From: Felis catus
Lineage: Eukaryota
DNA length: 64,000 bases
NCBI RefSeq assembly: GCF_018350175.1
Contig: NC_058383.1
Coordinates: forward strand, 5,892,001 to 5,956,000
Direction: 5' to 3'
This document shows positions 60,264-64,000 of this stretch, piece after piece. The translations under genes were made by a program, and so were the position numbers. Numbering within the stretch: position 1 is the stretch's first letter; each line of letters begins with the position of its first letter. The notes under the pieces were generated by a model. The model searched no databases and was not told where the DNA came from. It saw nothing but the letters and a program-made list of their open reading frames with translations.

Positions 60264-61840
60264 GTAGCCGGGTGCGGGGGTTCTGGTGGGGGGAGGATCC
60301 GAGGAGAGGGGCAGAGGCGGGGCGCAGGGTCCTGCCTGCCAGCCTGGGCGGGCCCGGACGCAGGGCGAGCTGCGCTTGGGGTCAGGGGAGGGCTTCTCGG
60401 TCCTGCTCGTCAACTTACTTGGGTGGCTCGCAGTCCACCCCCACCCCGCTTCCTGCTGGAAGGAAGGGGTTAACTCCCTCCCCGTGCGCCGGGACTGTCC
60501 GCCGTGTGGACAGTCACTTACCGAGGTTCCAGCGAGCGAACCTCTAACCTCTTGTGGATCTCCGAGTCCCCCGGAGCCGGACGCGCTCCCAAAAGCTGTG
60601 CCCGGTGACATGAGGCTGCCGCGTGAGGTCAGCTGCCCTGGGCGTCCCGTGTTCTCCTTTTATAAATCAGCTCGGGCTGGACCCGAGCGGGCGGAGACCT
60701 GAGGGTCTTGCCGGGGGCGATCGCGGGCCGGTCACGGGCCACACCAGTTCGCGCCTTGGAGGAAACCCCGTTAACTTCAAAGACACTGTCCACAAATTGC
60801 GACCTTCTGAGGTGCCCTTCCAAAGGAGAAGGAACCTTACTCCGTGCTTTCTTGGAAGGCGTATGCAGTTTGGAACTTTGAAAGAAATTCTCATGTAACT
60901 TCATCTTCACTTTCAAATCCTATTTAAGAAGCGTGGATGTTTCTGTTGGAAACGTTTACCAGAATACTTATTAGGGAAACTAGGTTTCAATTACAGGTGG
61001 TAATTATTGCTAAATTATTTGAGGATTTCCTGCGGCATGATGGCTAAATACAGTATTTTCAGCATCTGTATATTCCCTGATTCATGATGATTAACAACAG
61101 CGAACGTTTCTAGTCACTAAATATGCACCAGTCGTGCTGTCTAATTTTAACCCTTACAACAGTCCTTTGAGGCAGATCCTACTGACTGCATTTTACAATT
61201 CGGAATGCTTTAGAGAGAGGGTACGTAGCTTGCCAAGGATTCATGGCTAGGCAGTGGCAGTGTGCCTCCAGAGCCAACATGATGGTAGAGGAGTAAAATA
61301 AAGAGGAAGTGAGGATTTAGAAACAGCATTAAAAGCGGAGATTCCTGGAATTCAGAAGTGTCATGTTTTAGAGCTCTCAATTTCCAGTAACATCTCTGGC
61401 AAGCATGGTTATTCACCTTTTTGCCACACGGGAATTTGGAAGCTGTTTTCATTTCCCGATGAAGGCTCATCAGCTTTGAGAACCATTTGATAAGCAATTT
61501 TTTTTTTTTAGTCGTAGCTCTGTTGCAGTCTTAACCCAAGAATGGTGGATAGTGATTAAAATTTTGACTTTTTAGCAAGAGGAGAAAACCAGCTTTCTGA
61601 GAGAGAAAAATGAAATTCCTAAGTTTCAGATATTGCAGCAAGGTAATTCTTGTTTGACTTTGAAATCCTTCCCATACAAAAGAAGAAAAAAAGCATCAGT
61701 GAAGTGCGCCCCTTGGCACGGTTTAACACTCCCGTTTGGGAAGCTTCTCCCTGTGTGGTTGGGCTTTTAGAGCTGCGTTTCACAATTTCTGTCTAAATGG
61801 CCTTAATGCTTCTTCACGCGTCCCTCTCTCCAACTGGAAG

Positions 61841-62057
61841 CACCAGCTCCGAGTGAACGTGTCCACCGCGGTGCTGCCCGGCGACTTCCGAGAGGTCCTC
61901 CAGAGGCGACTGGGGGAGCTGGAGAGTCAGCTGCTGCGCAAGGTGGCCGAGCTGGAGGACGAGAAGTCCCTGCTTCACAATGAGACCTCCGCTCACCGGC
62001 AGAAGACTGAGAGCGCGCTGAACGCTCTGCTGCTAAGGGTGACCGAGCTGGAGCGAG
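61841..62057 (+). CDS. NPTX2: Neuronal pentraxin-2, exon 2 (second coiled coil, NVS and NET N-glycosylation sequons)
   Basis: Pyrimidine tract plus AAG| acceptor at 61838-61840. Translates HQLRVNVSTAVLPGDFREVLQRRLGELESQLLRKVAELEDEKSLLHNETSAHRQKTESALNALLLRVTELER(G). Donor G|GTGAGT at 62058 (217 nt, phase 1). In frame with exon 1. Confidence 0.96.
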
Positions 62058-63454
62058 GTGAGTTCTTGGCCGGCTCCTCTGTCGCCCTCTGGCTGACGTC
62101 CCTCCCAGCCCTCCACCCCACTGCCTTGGTGTTTGGCTGCAGGGTAAGGGCGGCTGGGCTCCAAGCGGGGCCGAGAGGCTGGCCCCGCAGCGGTCTTCCC
62201 CATTTACACATCAGGCCACTAGGGCCCTTGAGGGAGTGGTGGCTTCCAGACCCCTCCGCCTGCTGACTCTTTTTGCGCTTGGTTCTGCGGCTGCTCCTCC
62301 CACATCGTCCCCGAACCTGCCCGTCCTACGTGCGGAAAACCACGGGATTCTTTACCATTCCAGCAGCGCTCCACTTTGCCTTCTCCGTTTGTCAAATGAG
62401 ACGGGGTCTCTTTCAACTTGAGGCGTCTCTCCTGGTGCACAGGGGTTTAGGGTTTCTGCCTGAAGGTTGCCCGGCTTCACAGCCTCGTTGACACGTCTTC
62501 CGACTCGGTGGGGACTGAAGGTGCCGATGGCTCCTGGGAGGGGCCTGGTTTCCATCCCTTGCAGTTGGACCCGGAGGGTCTGCCGTGATGGGGCACTGCG
62601 TGGGGATGGCCTGTGGCTGGCTGAGCAAATAATAAGTGTGATTGAGGATGGTCCTGCCAGGAATCAGCCCCAACCCTGGCCCACTGGCGTTATGCACGGA
62701 TACGCTGTGTAGCTTGCCAGGCACGGTGGCCAAGTTGCTACAAGGATGTAGGTCGATAGAAGGCTGCCGAGTTAGTGTGGAGTAGTGCCAGGCAGTGTGC
62801 TGGACACGTCACACCGGTGAGACGGGACTTCTCTTACACCCGTGACACCAGTGAGAAAAATGTTCCAAAGCTTTCAGCCAGAAGTGTGTTGTGGAGGGGG
62901 GGCGGAGGGGGCCGAGGTGGGGCCTGGGCCTTGGCCACACGGGAGCTGCCATTTTGTCACCGTCCCTCCCATCCCCAGCCTCGTTCCAGCACCCACACTC
63001 TCGGTACGTAAGTTCTGCAGAAGCCCTCGGAGCTCTTCTGGCACAGAAAGGAGGGCCATGTCCTAGCTGGAGCCCAGTTCTGCAGGCCAGGGCCCCTGAC
63101 TGGCCTTCCTGTAGGGCCCCCAGGACCTTGACTCTAGAATTCTTCTGTGTGCTCCACCCCGTTCGGGGATGAGTCTTTCGAGGAAAGTGGTCATTTGCTA
63201 ACCAGTTTGTCTCCTGGGTAACTTTGAGTTTGTATCTGTCCTGTTTGTGGTCAGTCTAAAGGGGTAGATAAACTCCCAGTCCCCAGATAGACCGCGAGTG
63301 GAAAATATAACGTGTTCTTCAGAGCATCCTGCTGAGCCCCAAGGAAATGGACCTCAAGCATGTGCAAAGTAGGGAGCTTAGGGGGTCTCTGGCCCTCGGT
63401 CCATCATCTCCTGCCCATTAAGTGCCTGTTCTGGGCCAGACACTAGGCTGTGAC

Positions 63455-63600
63455 TTCCACATTCTGTGACCCTTGCAACAACCCTATGAGGTAGGTATTA
63501 GTGATGGATGAGGGACCGAATCAGATGCCTGCATCCACATGTCCAGCAGATTGCAGAGCTGGGGTTGAACTTGGTGGTGACCCCCGCAGATGAGAGGCTT
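63455..63600 (-). mobile_element. MIR in NPTX2 intron 2
   Basis: caacaaccctatgaggtaggtatta..gatgagggaccga..gcagagctggggttgaac. Confidence 0.65.
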
Positions 63601-64000
63601 GGAGGCTGTAGCCTAGAGTAGTGTGTGGGCTCTAGCCCTGTTGAGCAGCAGGCTCCCCAGAGCCCAGTGGTGAGCGTCCAACCCTGAGTGCCCCCTGGAC
63701 CCATGGATGCTCATTTTCTTTGTTGTGGGACCTGCTCGTCTGCAGGGGCCTCCAGAGTGGGGGCCAGCCAGCCAGGCACAGCCCGCCTCAGAGTCTGAGT
63801 AAACCTTGCCACTGGGAAGAACACTTCTCTCTTTGGCCCCCCACTGCCCCCACCCGTTTTCACTTGTCTGCCACCTGCAGCCTCTGATTTATTGGTCAGG
63901 CCTTTTAATGCCTTAATTGGTTTTAACTAAGTTTCCTCTGAACCTCCAAGCTGTTTGATATAAATAGAGGGCTCCAGCTTTCAGGGTGTGGGCCCCCTCC

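Larger units (their letters stand above)
58720..60760. promoter_or_regulatory. NPTX2: CpG island covering the NPTX2 promoter, exon 1 and start of intron 1
   Basis: Abrupt switch from AT-rich sequence to very GC- and CpG-dense sequence; edges estimated by eye. Confidence 0.92.

Noticed and set aside
59220..60473. 417-aa ORF as a single protein or N-terminally extended NPTX2
   Set aside because: It has a non-ATG start upstream of the likely promoter, and stops are scarce in CpG islands. Only 59838-60263 resembles NPTX2; the tail is intron 1.
58624..60547. Other long overlapping ORFs (311, 261, 270 and 240 aa) in the CpG island
   Set aside because: Low-complexity Arg/Gly/Pro/Ala translations typical of GC-rich DNA, with no recognisable domain.
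61736..62266. 176-aa ORF as an independent gene
   Set aside because: It is NPTX2 exon 2 plus flanking intron read in frame.
1..64000. CRISPR array, operon or other prokaryote-type system
   Set aside because: The sequence is clearly mammalian. Repeated units are dispersed SINEs and simple repeats, with no repeat-spacer array.
62058..64000. NPTX2 exon 3 (start of the pentraxin domain)
   Set aside because: No matching translation is found before the window end; the region is intron 2.

Overview
This is mammalian genomic DNA from a felid, shown by abundant feline-type CAN-SINEs. The only protein-coding gene I can support is the 5' end of NPTX2 (neuronal pentraxin-2) on the + strand. It has a CpG-island promoter at ~58.7-60.8 kb, coding exon 1 at 59838-60263 and exon 2 at 61841-62057; the pentraxin-domain exons lie beyond the window. 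The upstream ~58 kb is intergenic: a GC-richer unique segment (1-16 kb), L1-rich AT-rich blocks (16-29 kb and 45-50 kb), about 24 CAN-SINEs, MaLR/ERV LTRs, hAT DNA-transposon relics, MIR/L2 fragments and microsatellites. I found no evidence for a new multi-gene biological system. The most notable sequence-level observations are a 36-nt tailless U2 snRNA retrocopy with a perfect target-site duplication (TSD), a probable L1 3' transduction, a 3-codon uORF just before the NPTX2 start, a dense cluster of young and inverted SINEs that stops about 10 kb before the promoter, and candidate activity-responsive enhancers. Repeat family names come from recall of consensus sequences, not from a database search, and boundaries of old repeats are approximate.
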